A stretch of DNA of 64,000 nucleotides, taken from NCBI GenBank assembly GCA_963708295.1, contig CAVPSJ010000008.1, positions 96,001-160,000 on the forward strand. Direction: 5' to 3'. The notes beneath the pieces are model-generated. The model saw nothing but the letters and a program-made list of their open reading frames with translations. It did no database searches and had not been told where the DNA came from. The translations under genes were made by a program, and so were the position numbers. This DNA comes from an uncultured delta proteobacterium. GTDB taxonomy: Bacteria > Desulfobacterota > BSN033 > UBA1163. Below are positions 10,429 through 19,670 of this stretch, one piece after another (position 1 is the first letter of the stretch; each line of letters opens with the position of its first letter).

Positions 10429-11413
10429 GTGAATCAAATAACGACCAGCATGGAAAAATTCATGAGGGAGCACCCCCGGTTGAAGTATATCTTTTTTGGG
10501 GGGAAGGGAGGGGTCGGAAAAACCGTTATGGCGGGGGCAGCTGCGTTGTGGTCGGCCAAACAAGGAAGAAAGACACTGCTCGCCTCGACCAACCCGGTTC
10601 ATAGCCTTTCCACCCTGTTAGAAAAGGATGTCTTTGGAAAAGCGGCCGTCGTCTGCAACGAAGACAAGTGTTACGCCTTTGAAATTGACACGCGAGATAC
10701 GATCGAACGCTCAAAACAAGAAATCCGTGAAAAGATCAATTGGTTTCTCAAATTTGCGGACATCACGACGAAGGCAGAAGATTTTATCGAATCCGCCACC
10801 ATGAATCCTGCCTTTGAAGAGTCGGCTATGTTTGAAAATATGGTGGATCTCATGTTCAAGGATGAATATGATTTTTACGTCTTCGATACTGCTCCTACAG
10901 CGAATGCAAGACGCTTGCTCGGGATGTCGAAGGTCTATTCCCTCTGGGTGGAGAAGATGCTGAAGAGTCGGGAGGAAGCGAAATCGCTAAGAGAGATACT
11001 TTCCTTCTCGAAAAAAGAAAAAAAAGGATCCCCTCCTGGACTACCTCCTAAGTTTCAAGGATCGAATGTCCCATGCGAAAGACCTCCTGACCGATGAGGC
11101 CCTCACCGCTTTCTTTTTTGTCACCCTCCCCGAAAGCCTCCCGATCGCTGTCATCACCCGCTTCATCAACTGGTTCCACGAATTTGGCATTCCCGTCGGC
11201 GGTGTGGTCGTCAATGGAGTCATCCAGAAGGATCAAGTGGGAAAAGATGCTGCCGAGTTCGTCCGCAACCGAGTCCAGATGCAAGATGAACATATGGGAG
11301 AGATCTGGAAGATATTCGGAGACAGGGTGAGGGCAATCGTTCCCCTTTTTGAAACGGAGGTGAAGGGGGCGAAGATGCTAAATCGAACGGTTGAACATCT
11401 TTTTACGCCCTGA
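10429..11413 (+). CDS. ArsA/Get3-family ATPase 2 (frameshift in the A-run near 11020)
   Basis: GGKGGVGKT, STNPVHSL, DTAPTANA, VTLPESLP and VVVNGV motifs. Confidence 0.88.
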
Positions 11414-11606
11414 TCCCATCAGGATTTCGACCAAAAATAATTCCTCTTCCGCTCACACATTGCTGCCTTTCCTCATCAAAACCTCGGACTTTTTTGTTCA
11501 CATGCTGAACTATTTTCATATCTAAACGAATCTTCTAGCTCCGAGGTAACTGACTAATCCTTTGAAATCATAAGTAGTTTTCGATTCTTAGCCTATTTAT
11601 GAAAAT

Positions 11607-11622
11607 TGGCATAAGAATTGCT
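11607..11622 (+). promoter_or_regulatory. sigma54 (-24/-12) promoter
   Basis: TGGCAT-AAGAA-TTGCT, with an AT-rich IHF-like stretch upstream. Confidence 0.7.
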
Positions 11623-11664
11623 GAGTTATAAGATAGTGTTATTACTTTGCTTTTAGGAGGAATA

Positions 11665-12423
11665 ATGTTAGGTCTGCTCCAGTTATTGCTCGCCGTCATT
11701 GCGATCTACGGCGCCCTCAAATTCTCTGAAGATCTGAAACTTGTCGTTCCTCTGGGATGTCTGATCGCCATGTTTGTCGTGAGCAGAATTGAAAAAGGAA
11801 ATTCCGAAAAGAAGATCTCAAGGAAGAATTTCTTGCAATCAGAAATGGACAAGGTCTCGAAGAAGGAGTCTATGGCAATTAAAGATCAGGATTATTCGAC
11901 CGTTGAGTCACTTCTGTGGCCCAAAAGTGAACTGCTCTTAATCGATACCGTTCATTCCATCTTCAAGGACTTGGGGTTCAGGATTTCTACCGGGATTAAC
12001 TACCAATCCGTGGATCGCATCATGAAGATCCCGGAAACCCGGATGGTCTTTGGAGTACAGGTTCTGATCAGTGAAGGAGAAGTAGAGGGAAACCATCCCA
12101 AAATCAATCGGGCCTTACAGTTTGATAAAGAGAAGAGGGAGAATGAGAAATCCCTGATTATTGCGGCCACTCATATTCGTCTCCCCCTTTCTGAAATGGG
12201 CCAAGTGCCCCATCTCTCCAAAGAGCTGAGCCATTTCTTAAGTCGGCACAATATGAGTTTGATTACCACCCGCCACCTTTACGAACTTTGGCAGAAGGCC
12301 AGGGGGGGGGAGATTGATATTCTTGGTTTTTTTGAGCACGTCTATTCTCACTCCAATGGGGCCGCACTATTAAACGGGGCTGTAAATTCTCACTCACCCA
12401 TGTCGAACCTGCCCGTCCAGTAG
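11665..12423 (+). CDS. Hypothetical membrane-anchored protein (two N-terminal TM helices)
   Basis: AGGAGG RBS before ATG 11665; hydrophobic N-terminus followed by an alpha/beta domain. Confidence 0.7.
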   Translation: MLGLLQLLLAVIAIYGALKFSEDLKLVVPLGCLIAMFVVSRIEKGNSEKKISRKNFLQSEMDKVSKKESMAIKDQDYSTVESLLWPKSELLLIDTVHSIFKDLGFRISTGINYQSVDRIMKIPETRMVFGVQVLISEGEVEGNHPKINRALQFDKEKRENEKSLIIAATHIRLPLSEMGQVPHLSKELSHFLSRHNMSLITTRHLYELWQKARGGEIDILGFFEHVYSHSNGAALLNGAVNSHSPMSNLPVQ

Positions 12424-12433
12424 TAAACAAAAG

Positions 12434-12447
12434 GGGCCGAGAGGCCC
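12434..12447. terminator. GNRA-capped hairpin after the stop codon
   Basis: GGGCC-GAGA-GGCCC preceded by an A-run. Confidence 0.45.
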
Positions 12448-12595
12448 AGCGCCATTAAAATCCTCGATCTCCAATACTTCTCCTTACAGAATTTCTATTT
12501 TGTTGTGGTTTTATCGTTTCGCTTGAACCCTTAATCCCAAAAGCCTTGAACCCAAAAATTGTGAGATCTTTCGATTTATTCATCTCCTCGTTATA

Positions 12596-13360
12596 ATGGA
12601 AGTGATGAAAGTCAAAGAGATCTTCGCCAAGACCGTTCTGACCAAGACAGCCATCTCCGGTTTTGATTACTGTATCAACCCTTATGTCGGGTGTGGACAT
12701 GGTTGCCGGTACTGTTATGCCAGCTTCATGAAGCGTTTCACCGGTCATCTGGAGCCCTGGGGGGAGTTCATCGATGTGAAGGTCAATGCCCCTGTTCTGC
12801 TGAAGAAGCAGTTAAAGCGAGCGAAGCAAGGGTTGGTGGCCCTCAGTACGGTGACCGACCCCTATCAGCCGGTCGAGAAAAAATATCAACTGACTCGAAA
12901 ATGTTTAGAAGCCCTTCTGGAAGCTGAATTTTCTGTCAATCTCCTGACCCGGTCACCTCTTTGCATGAGAGATATTGATTTGTTGAAGCAGTTTGGAAAT
13001 ATTGAAGTAGGCTTCTCTATTGCGACTCATGATGAGGGGATCAAGAAGCTTTTTGAGCCCCATTCTCCTTCGATCGACTCCCGGGTGAAAGCTCTGCGAG
13101 CCCTCCATCGAGAAAAGATTCGGACTTACGCTTTTGTCGGTCCGATGCTTCCTTTGGACCCGAAGCCGCTTGTGGCGATGCTGGAAGGGGTGATTGATGA
13201 GGTTTTGATCGATCGAATGAATTACCCGAATAAGGTGAAAGCGATTTATCGCAAAGCCAAACTGGATCGGTATTTGGAAGAAAGCTATTTTCATCTGGTC
13301 GGAATCGAGTTGAAGGAGCGTTTTGAAGAAAAAGGAATTCCTGTTTCGATGATATTTTAG
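12596..13360 (+). CDS. Radical SAM protein, SplB-like (Rv2578c-type)
   Basis: INPYVGCGHGCRYCYA, STVTDPYQPVE and FEP..PS...R motifs. Confidence 0.9.
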   Translation: MEVMKVKEIFAKTVLTKTAISGFDYCINPYVGCGHGCRYCYASFMKRFTGHLEPWGEFIDVKVNAPVLLKKQLKRAKQGLVALSTVTDPYQPVEKKYQLTRKCLEALLEAEFSVNLLTRSPLCMRDIDLLKQFGNIEVGFSIATHDEGIKKLFEPHSPSIDSRVKALRALHREKIRTYAFVGPMLPLDPKPLVAMLEGVIDEVLIDRMNYPNKVKAIYRKAKLDRYLEESYFHLVGIELKERFEEKGIPVSMIF

Positions 13361-13361
13361 G

Positions 13362-13502
13362 AAAGTGACTAAAATTCAAAATGGGCGAAAGTGAACTAAA
13401 GTGACTAAAGTGAAAAGTGACTAAAGTTAAGAGATCGGAAAAACTTCAACTTCATTTGAATTCAACTCTAGGCATTTTAGGCACTTCTAACTTTAGGCAC
13501 TC
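13362..13502. repeat. AAAGTGACT / TTTAGGCACT tandem-inverted repeat
   Basis: Several aaagtgactaaag units, followed by complementary tttaggcact units. Confidence 0.7.
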
Positions 13503-13516
13503 AATGGAGGTATTCT

Positions 13517-14440
13517 ATGACCCTCGGTAGATTCGGATTGAGAAGAAGAGAATATGATTTTCCACCCTTCCGGCCGCCCAGCGAGGCGAACAGTCTCCTT
13601 CTGAGAGTGACCCGGGGATGTCCGTGGAACCGATGTACCTTCTGCTCAATGTACAAAGGGACGAAGTTCGAGATCAGACCCGTCGAGGAAGTCCTGGGAG
13701 ATATCGAATCCGCAAGAGATCTTTATGGGGATAGAGTCAGGACCGTTTTTATCGGAGACTCCAATAGCCTTGTGGTGAAAACCGAAATGCTGGTCAAAAT
13801 TATGAACGCCCTTCTTTCATCCTTCCCTCACGTCGAACGGGTGACCAGTTATGCCCGAGCCAAGACCATTGCCAAGAAACCCCTGGAGGATTTAATAAGA
13901 ATTCGGGAAGCGGGCTTAAACCGGCTTCACGTAGGTCTTGAAACCGGAGACCGTGATCTTCTCAAGGAGATTGCGAAGGGGGCGACCCCGGAAGAGATGG
14001 TCGAGGCGGGAAGAAAAGCGAAGGAAGCCGGGTTTGAATATTCTCTCTATGTCTTGCTGGGGATTGGCGGTGAGGAAAAATGGGAACAGCATGCCAAAGG
14101 GACGGCTGAGGTGTTAAATCAAATCGATCCCCATTTCATCCGTGTTCGAACCTTTATCCCCCAACCCAATTCTTCGGTTTATGATGCTATTACAGAAGGC
14201 CGTTTTCAACCGCCCCGGCCGGAAACGATACTAAAGGAAACAAAACTGCTTTTGGAGAAGCTTCAGGTGACTTCCCAGTTCTTAAGCGACCATATTTCTA
14301 ACCTTCTTCCCCTCCACGGAAAGCTTCCCGAAGATAAGGGGAAAATGATTCAGATGATCGAAGAGGTCCTCAAAGGGTTGAAAGAAAATGATGGGTTGAG
14401 AGAAGAGATGGAGATGAGAAGACACCTCACCAATCTGTAA
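13517..14440 (+). CDS. Radical SAM protein
   Basis: RPPSEANSLLLRVTRGCPWNRCTFC, GLETG and SDHISN motifs. Confidence 0.9.
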   Translation: MTLGRFGLRRREYDFPPFRPPSEANSLLLRVTRGCPWNRCTFCSMYKGTKFEIRPVEEVLGDIESARDLYGDRVRTVFIGDSNSLVVKTEMLVKIMNALLSSFPHVERVTSYARAKTIAKKPLEDLIRIREAGLNRLHVGLETGDRDLLKEIAKGATPEEMVEAGRKAKEAGFEYSLYVLLGIGGEEKWEQHAKGTAEVLNQIDPHFIRVRTFIPQPNSSVYDAITEGRFQPPRPETILKETKLLLEKLQVTSQFLSDHISNLLPLHGKLPEDKGKMIQMIEEVLKGLKENDGLREEMEMRRHLTNL

Positions 14441-14552
14441 TTAACACTTAGGGAACCCCGGCCCGGATGGCGGATACTTACCCTCCTCACCCATTGTTGC
14501 CAGTAATTCTGCCCAACCAGAGGGTTTTGATTTCACCTACAAAGCGTCGAAG

Positions 14553-15071
14553 TTAGTCTTTATCGAGATTGTTGATTTCTGATTGAAAGACAGTATGAGG
14601 AGCCGTTTCTGCCTTTTGGTTTCTGATATATTCTTGAACGACTTCAGCTGTAATTCCATCTGCGACACTAGCAATGTAATAGCCCGCTGCCCAAAACGTT
14701 CCCTCTTTCCAGATGTGTTGTTGAATAACGTCGAGGAATTCTTCCCTGATCTTTCTTGAGGATATACTTTTTAAAATCTGAACAATCCTCATAGGTGTGT
14801 CTGTAGGTCGTGCCTCAATCAACATATGAACGTGGTCAGGCATCACTTCATGAGCGATGATCTTGAACCCGTACTCATAGGCAATGTCGGCTAAGATGCG
14901 TTTTAACCGGACCGCCAAATTACCAATTAGAAAGCTTCGACGGTATTTTGTTATCCAGACAAGATGATATTTCAAGTTGTATCTTGAGTGCGAGCCTGAC
15001 CTCGTATTGTCTTGATAGAAATAATCCAAGACTGCTTTTAATGTCTCTTGTCGTTTTGTTTCTTCATACAT
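14553..15071 (-). mobile_element. tnpA: IS200/IS605 family transposase TnpA (Y1 HUH)
   Basis: YHLVWITKYRR, DHVH (HUH), FWAAGYY and EYIRNQ motifs; lower GC than neighbouring genes. Confidence 0.93.
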
Positions 15072-15476
15072 GTTCTTTTGCCTTTCAGGGGAGCTTTCGG
15101 AAGGGGTGTTTCAAATACTGATTATAGAAAGTAATCTAGAGCTTTCATAGCCAGCTGTCAATCAACGACTTCAGAAAGAAACATTGCATCTCTTCCCCTC
15201 GTTTGCCCAAGAAATGGGCAGTCAGACCGGCAACGGATTAACAGGAGATACCCCAAAGAATGAAGATTTCTTTTGAAAGTCATTGGATCGTTTCTTCTTC
15301 CACCCATGCAGACGAACTTCCCACAAAATGTTTCCTGAAGACTTCATCCCGAAATTAGCAGAGGTCTCTCGGAAAATAAGAGGAATCCCAATTATGAGAG
15401 ACAGGCCCTTCGGTCTAATAAAAAGGTGAAAGACAGGATGGAAAACTTAATCGCAATCCCCTGTCTCACTACTTGG

Positions 15477-15740
15477 CTAATTTAGCTTGTGGCAGATCAG
15501 GCATTGTTCCTTCGGTGGGTGTTTAGTAGGTAAAGGGATAGCCTGAGAGTTGTGGCAGGTTATGCAGCCTCTTTCAACCTCAATCCTGTCCCCGCCTTTC
15601 TTCATGGCCTCATGAAAGGCTCGGTGCTTCTTGTCAGCAGGTACTCGCTTGGCTTTTTCATGGCCAGTAATCATAATGAGCACAACGATCACGACCGCAA
15701 CAGCTGCAATTGTTAACAAGTCTCTCTTGGTCACCTTCAT
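15477..15740 (-). CDS. Small membrane-anchored diheme cytochrome c
   Basis: N-terminal TM; CITCH and CLICH heme motifs; HPPKEQ. Confidence 0.85.
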   Translation of the reverse strand: MKVTKRDLLTIAAVAVVIVVLIMITGHEKAKRVPADKKHRAFHEAMKKGGDRIEVERGCITCHNSQAIPLPTKHPPKEQCLICHKLN

Positions 15741-15896
15741 GAAATCACCCTGCTTTTACTGTCCAGCCTCAGAGAAACGGTTTTTTCAAATTCGATAGCT
15801 TGACCTCATCCTTTGGACAGACTCGTAGCGCAATTACACCTATCAATCCGTAAGGTGAGCTAATCTGAGCGTTGATGATTACCGATGGAAATAAAC

Positions 15897-15930
15897 AAAA
15901 AAGGGCAAGACCATTTCTAATCCTGCCCTT
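15897..15930 (-). terminator. Rho-independent terminator
   Basis: Minus strand AAGGGCAGG-loop-CTTGCCCTT-TTTTG, downstream of the DJ-1 gene. Confidence 0.6.
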
Positions 15931-16004
15931 GTGATGTTGTGATTGACACGGAACTCTTGCTTCAGATCATTTTTATGGGAATTTTAACTGAGCCTATAAT
16001 GTTT

Positions 16005-16694
16005 TCATTTAGGCCCAATTGCTGCAATGAATTTCTGTGTCAATTCGACAGTCCCATTTTGCAGGCCTAACGCTCTTTCCAACATGGGGCAAGCTCCAGA
16101 AGTGATGATTTTGCCATCCTGGACGACTCCCGTCCCACTATAAATTGCCCCTTCGAATCTTGGATCCGTTATCGACCGTGTTTTCGTCGTCTTAAGAGGA
16201 TCCCCGACGTAGGCGTATCTCTTTCCCTTCAAGAGGCCTGCTTCCGCCAAGATAATAGCCGAGTTTGCAGCAGCAGCAACAGGTTTCCCGTCTGCGAGAC
16301 ACTTCTTTGCTGCCTCCATTGCCAGAGGAGCCACTGGCGGGCCTGGAAACATCCCGACAGCCATGCACGGCATAATTATACCCGCATAGTCGTTCAATTT
16401 GATTTCTGATAGCCTCAAAACTTTTTCAATTTTTTGCGTAGGACCTATGCAGGGGTAGCCTGATGTGGTAGCGATGTCCACATCAAAGCCTGCATTTTTA
16501 AGAAGAAGGGTCATCACACCCACTTCCATTTTGATCATCAGGTCTGCATCTTGTGAGTATCCTTCACGAGGAATCATGAGAACTTTGCGAACGCTCTGTC
16601 CCAAGGCCTCCGTAGGCCCCATGATGGAATGTGATGAAAATGAAACTACCCCAATAACAAAAATTAGTGAAGCAAGGATGACAATTTTTCTCAT
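16005..16694 (-). CDS. Secreted DJ-1/PfpI family protein (atypical)
   Basis: Signal peptide; LKNAGFDVDIAT, GKPVAA, LAEAGLLKGKR and VVQDGKIITS motifs. Confidence 0.8.
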   Translation of the reverse strand: MRKIVILASLIFVIGVVSFSSHSIMGPTEALGQSVRKVLMIPREGYSQDADLMIKMEVGVMTLLLKNAGFDVDIATTSGYPCIGPTQKIEKVLRLSEIKLNDYAGIIMPCMAVGMFPGPPVAPLAMEAAKKCLADGKPVAAAANSAIILAEAGLLKGKRYAYVGDPLKTTKTRSITDPRFEGAIYSGTGVVQDGKIITSGACPMLERALGLQNGTVELTQKFIAAIGPK

Positions 16695-17110
16695 TTTCGT
16701 CCTCCTTCCGCATTACTGTTTTTTTATCATTAGGAGAGTATTCTGGAGTTTGCCCTTACAGGTTTCTGTCATTTTGAGTGCCTCCAAAGGGATAATCAAT
16801 TCCCTTGGAGGCTTCAACTCGGGACCTCTGAAAGTTCCTTTTCATAACTCTCTCCAAAAGGTTACGGTTAAGTTGAGAAGTTGGCTTTTAAAGGCGATGT
16901 AAGTTGGTAAGAAAGTACTAATTCTAATTGAAAAAGTCAACAAGAATTATCGATTACCACTTCAAAAGTTGTATGAGTGGAGGATTCCAGAAGATCACGA
17001 GTACAGGAAGTTATCCACGATGCGGCAGGGAATCGGATTACGCTGACGAACGAGTAGTATTCGTCCGCGAATCAGACAGGCTACCGAGGAAAGCAAATAA
17101 ACCCCTTAAC

Positions 17111-17401
17111 TTACGTGTCCCGATCTTCCCGGAGGAATTCCTGAGCCACGCCCTCGCGTGCAGGAAACTGCGGCGGTAATCGCATTGCCCTTCCTTTCCG
17201 CACCGGTCCAAGCAGACCTTGCTCCTCCATTTTCTTGATTCGCTCGGCCAGCGAGAAATGATCTTTCGGCACCGGCACAATTTTCCCCACCGGTTTACCC
17301 CGATCAGTAATAATAACTTCCTGAACTTGCGTCACCATTTTTAATAGCTTACTTAGATTGATTTTTGCCTCTCTAACGCCAACACTAATCATCTTCGTCA
17401 T
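17111..17401 (-). CDS. Phd/YefM antitoxin (orphan)
   Basis: VGVREAKINLSKLL...EVIITDRGKPVGKIVP. Confidence 0.9.
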   Translation of the reverse strand: MTKMISVGVREAKINLSKLLKMVTQVQEVIITDRGKPVGKIVPVPKDHFSLAERIKKMEEQGLLGPVRKGRAMRLPPQFPAREGVAQEFLREDRDT

Positions 17402-17413
17402 CCGTAATATAGT

Positions 17414-17485
17414 TCAAATAGTTCCGATCTCTTTGGGGATTTCCACCAGCATCTTCGTTCCGAATCTCACACATTTTCTAAGGAC
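17414..17485 (-). repeat. Diverged duplicate of the 3' end of the M20 peptidase gene
   Basis: Reads ...RFGTKMLVEIPKEIGTI* against RFGTKMLVEIIKEVAT* at 18226-18290. Confidence 0.85.
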
Positions 17486-17903
17486 TGACTATGTCTACTT
17501 CTTCTGCATCCCTAAAATGCTTTTTATCGAATGTATAGATTTTCTTAGCGCCTTTGACTTTTGCAAATTCAATGATCCAGCCATCGATCAGGTCAATTTT
17601 CTTGCTGTGATAGAGTTTCAGGGCTGCCTTTATCACCGGTTTGTCTTGGGTGTCAATCCCGGGTGTGTTAAGGATAGCCTCGACCAACCCCGTGATATCA
17701 TCCGCTGTCATTTTATAAAAACTCTCTAAAACCCAGACAAGCTCTGCAATGACAATTGAAGGAATCAATATCTTTATCTCCCCTTTTCGAGCGCTGTTCA
17801 AAAGGGAATCGACCGCTTTCGCCTTTTGCGGTTCGTCATCCGTCAAATAGCGAACAAGAAGATTCGTATCAATCACAACGTCTTCTTTGTTATTTTCTAA
17901 CAC
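17478..17903 (-). CDS. vapC: VapC PIN-domain toxin
   Basis: IDTNLLVR, ELVWVL, DLIDG and YTFDKK acidic PIN residues. Confidence 0.92.
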   Translation of the reverse strand: MLENNKEDVVIDTNLLVRYLTDDEPQKAKAVDSLLNSARKGEIKILIPSIVIAELVWVLESFYKMTADDITGLVEAILNTPGIDTQDKPVIKAALKLYHSKKIDLIDGWIIEFAKVKGAKKIYTFDKKHFRDAEEVDIVSP

Positions 17904-18144
17904 GGCCTAATTTATCCCCAAGATGTTTTTTTGCCACATTCCTCATGACATCAAAGTCTGCGGGTGCTCTTTTTCCTTTTAGGAATCCCTTGAATTCGCG
18001 AAGTGTTTTAGCCGTTCTTACGATGACCTTATCATCTTCTTTTTCAAAAACGACCACCGCTCCTGTATCGACCTTGAGAAGCCTTCTGACTTCCTTGGGC
18101 AATGTAATTTGGCCCTTTGATGTGATCTTAGCGGTTAATGCCAT
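17890..18144 (-). CDS. AbrB/MazE (VapB) antitoxin
   Basis: ITSKGQITLPKEVRRLL; overlaps vapC. Confidence 0.92.
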   Translation of the reverse strand: MALTAKITSKGQITLPKEVRRLLKVDTGAVVVFEKEDDKVIVRTAKTLREFKGFLKGKRAPADFDVMRNVAKKHLGDKLGRVRK

Positions 18145-18225
18145 CGGACAACTCCTTACAATAAATAAGTTCCTTACTTTTATACTATATCTTACCTACC
18201 CTCTTGTCAAGGGGAATTATAAAAA

Positions 18226-19551
18226 TCAGGTGGCAACTTCCTTAATGATTTCTACCAGCATCTTCGTTCCGAACCTCAGATTCTCTAAAGCGATCCGTTC
18301 GTCGTTGCCGTGGATGATCATCATTTCTTTCTCCGTTACCCGGAAGGGACAAAAATCATAGGTGATGATTCCTCTTTCCCTGAGCAGGCGGCTGTCCGTG
18401 GCTCCGGCAAGAAGATGAGGCACAACCGGACAGCCTGGGTCGGTCTTTGCGGCAAATCTTTGAATAGCCCGGAAGAGATCCGTATCGAAGGGCGAGGGAG
18501 GAAGAGAATGACTCTCCGAGATCACCTCCACCTCAATTTCGTCTCCCAATCTCTTCTTAATCTCTTTCAGGAAATCTTCTTTTGACGACCCCGGGATGAG
18601 GCGGCAATCGAGGGCCCCAGTGGATTCCGAAGGGATGACATTGACTTTGCTCCCGCCCTGAAGGATCGTGAGTGAAATCGTATTCCGTATCATGGCATTG
18701 TAGATCGGGTTAGAAGTTAGCCGTTTGGCAAAGGCAGTGTCCCTGAGGCCTTTCTCAATGTCCTCAAAAAATGGTTTTTGGTCAGGGGGCTGTTTCGGGG
18801 CCATCTTTGAAAAATATTCCTTCACCATGGGAAGAAGGTTGTAAGGGGTTTCCCATTTTGTAACCCTGCCCAGGGCCTGGACAAGTTTCACATTGGGATT
18901 ATCCGGCCGGGGCATTGAGCCATGGCCGGAGATTCCCCTGGTCTTCAACTGGAGCTGGAAAAGGACCTTCTGTCCGCTGGAGATTTCGTATCGATCCGCG
19001 CCACCCTGCTCGTTGAGAACGACATATCCTCCTTCGTTAAGGGCGTATTCGGCTTCTTTTAAGGAGGGAATGTTCTCAATGGCCCACTCGACCCCCCAAT
19101 TCCCTCCGGTCTCCTCGTCTGCCGTAGCAAAAAAGAGGATGTCTCTCTCCAAAGGAACTTTCTCCCGTTTCAGAATCAGGAGGGCCATCATCTCTACGAT
19201 GCCCATGGATTTATCGTCGAGGGCCCCGCGGCCATAAAGATATCCGTCCCGGATAACCCCTGCAAAAGGATCGACTGACCATCGCTCCTTTTCAACAGGA
19301 ACAACGTCCATATGGCTGAGAAGAAGGATGGGTTTTTTCTTCCCATTTCCCTTCAGGGTAGCCAGGAGATTGCCACGGCCCGGAGATGGTTCAAAGATCT
19401 GGCAGGGAATCGTTTCCGCATCGAGGATTTTCTTGAAAAATTTTACTCCCTCGATTTCATTTCCGGGAGGGTTAACTGTATCGATCCGAAGATATTCCTG
19501 AAGATGATGGATTCCTTCATCTAATAAGTGATCCCAGTCCATATTAAGCAT
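18226..19551 (-). CDS. M20/M25/M40 metallopeptidase
   Basis: SHMDVVP, GRGALDDK, DEETGG, GHGS, ATDSR and HGNDE motifs. Confidence 0.93.
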   Translation of the reverse strand: MLNMDWDHLLDEGIHHLQEYLRIDTVNPPGNEIEGVKFFKKILDAETIPCQIFEPSPGRGNLLATLKGNGKKKPILLLSHMDVVPVEKERWSVDPFAGVIRDGYLYGRGALDDKSMGIVEMMALLILKREKVPLERDILFFATADEETGGNWGVEWAIENIPSLKEAEYALNEGGYVVLNEQGGADRYEISSGQKVLFQLQLKTRGISGHGSMPRPDNPNVKLVQALGRVTKWETPYNLLPMVKEYFSKMAPKQPPDQKPFFEDIEKGLRDTAFAKRLTSNPIYNAMIRNTISLTILQGGSKVNVIPSESTGALDCRLIPGSSKEDFLKEIKKRLGDEIEVEVISESHSLPPSPFDTDLFRAIQRFAAKTDPGCPVVPHLLAGATDSRLLRERGIITYDFCPFRVTEKEMMIIHGNDERIALENLRFGTKMLVEIIKEVAT

Positions 19552-19670
19552 CCTTTCAGAAGGCAGTAGGCACAAAGCAGAAGGCAGAACGCGGTAGGCA
19601 CAAGTCAAACTAATAAAATCGTTTTGTTGTGTCTGTATAGTGCGTACTGCTTACTTCCTTCGGCTTCGCA

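Noticed and set aside
9393-11413. Arsenic resistance operon
   Set aside because: No arsR, arsB/acr3, arsC or arsD, and the metalloid-binding Cys set is not evident.
13362-13502. CRISPR array (also the other short-unit repeats)
   Set aside because: Units are 7-9 bp, degenerate, without unique regular spacers; no cas genes.
14440-15470. TnpB/IscB RNA-guided nuclease with the IS200 element
   Set aside because: No ORF of suitable size or RuvC/zinc-finger motifs next to tnpA.
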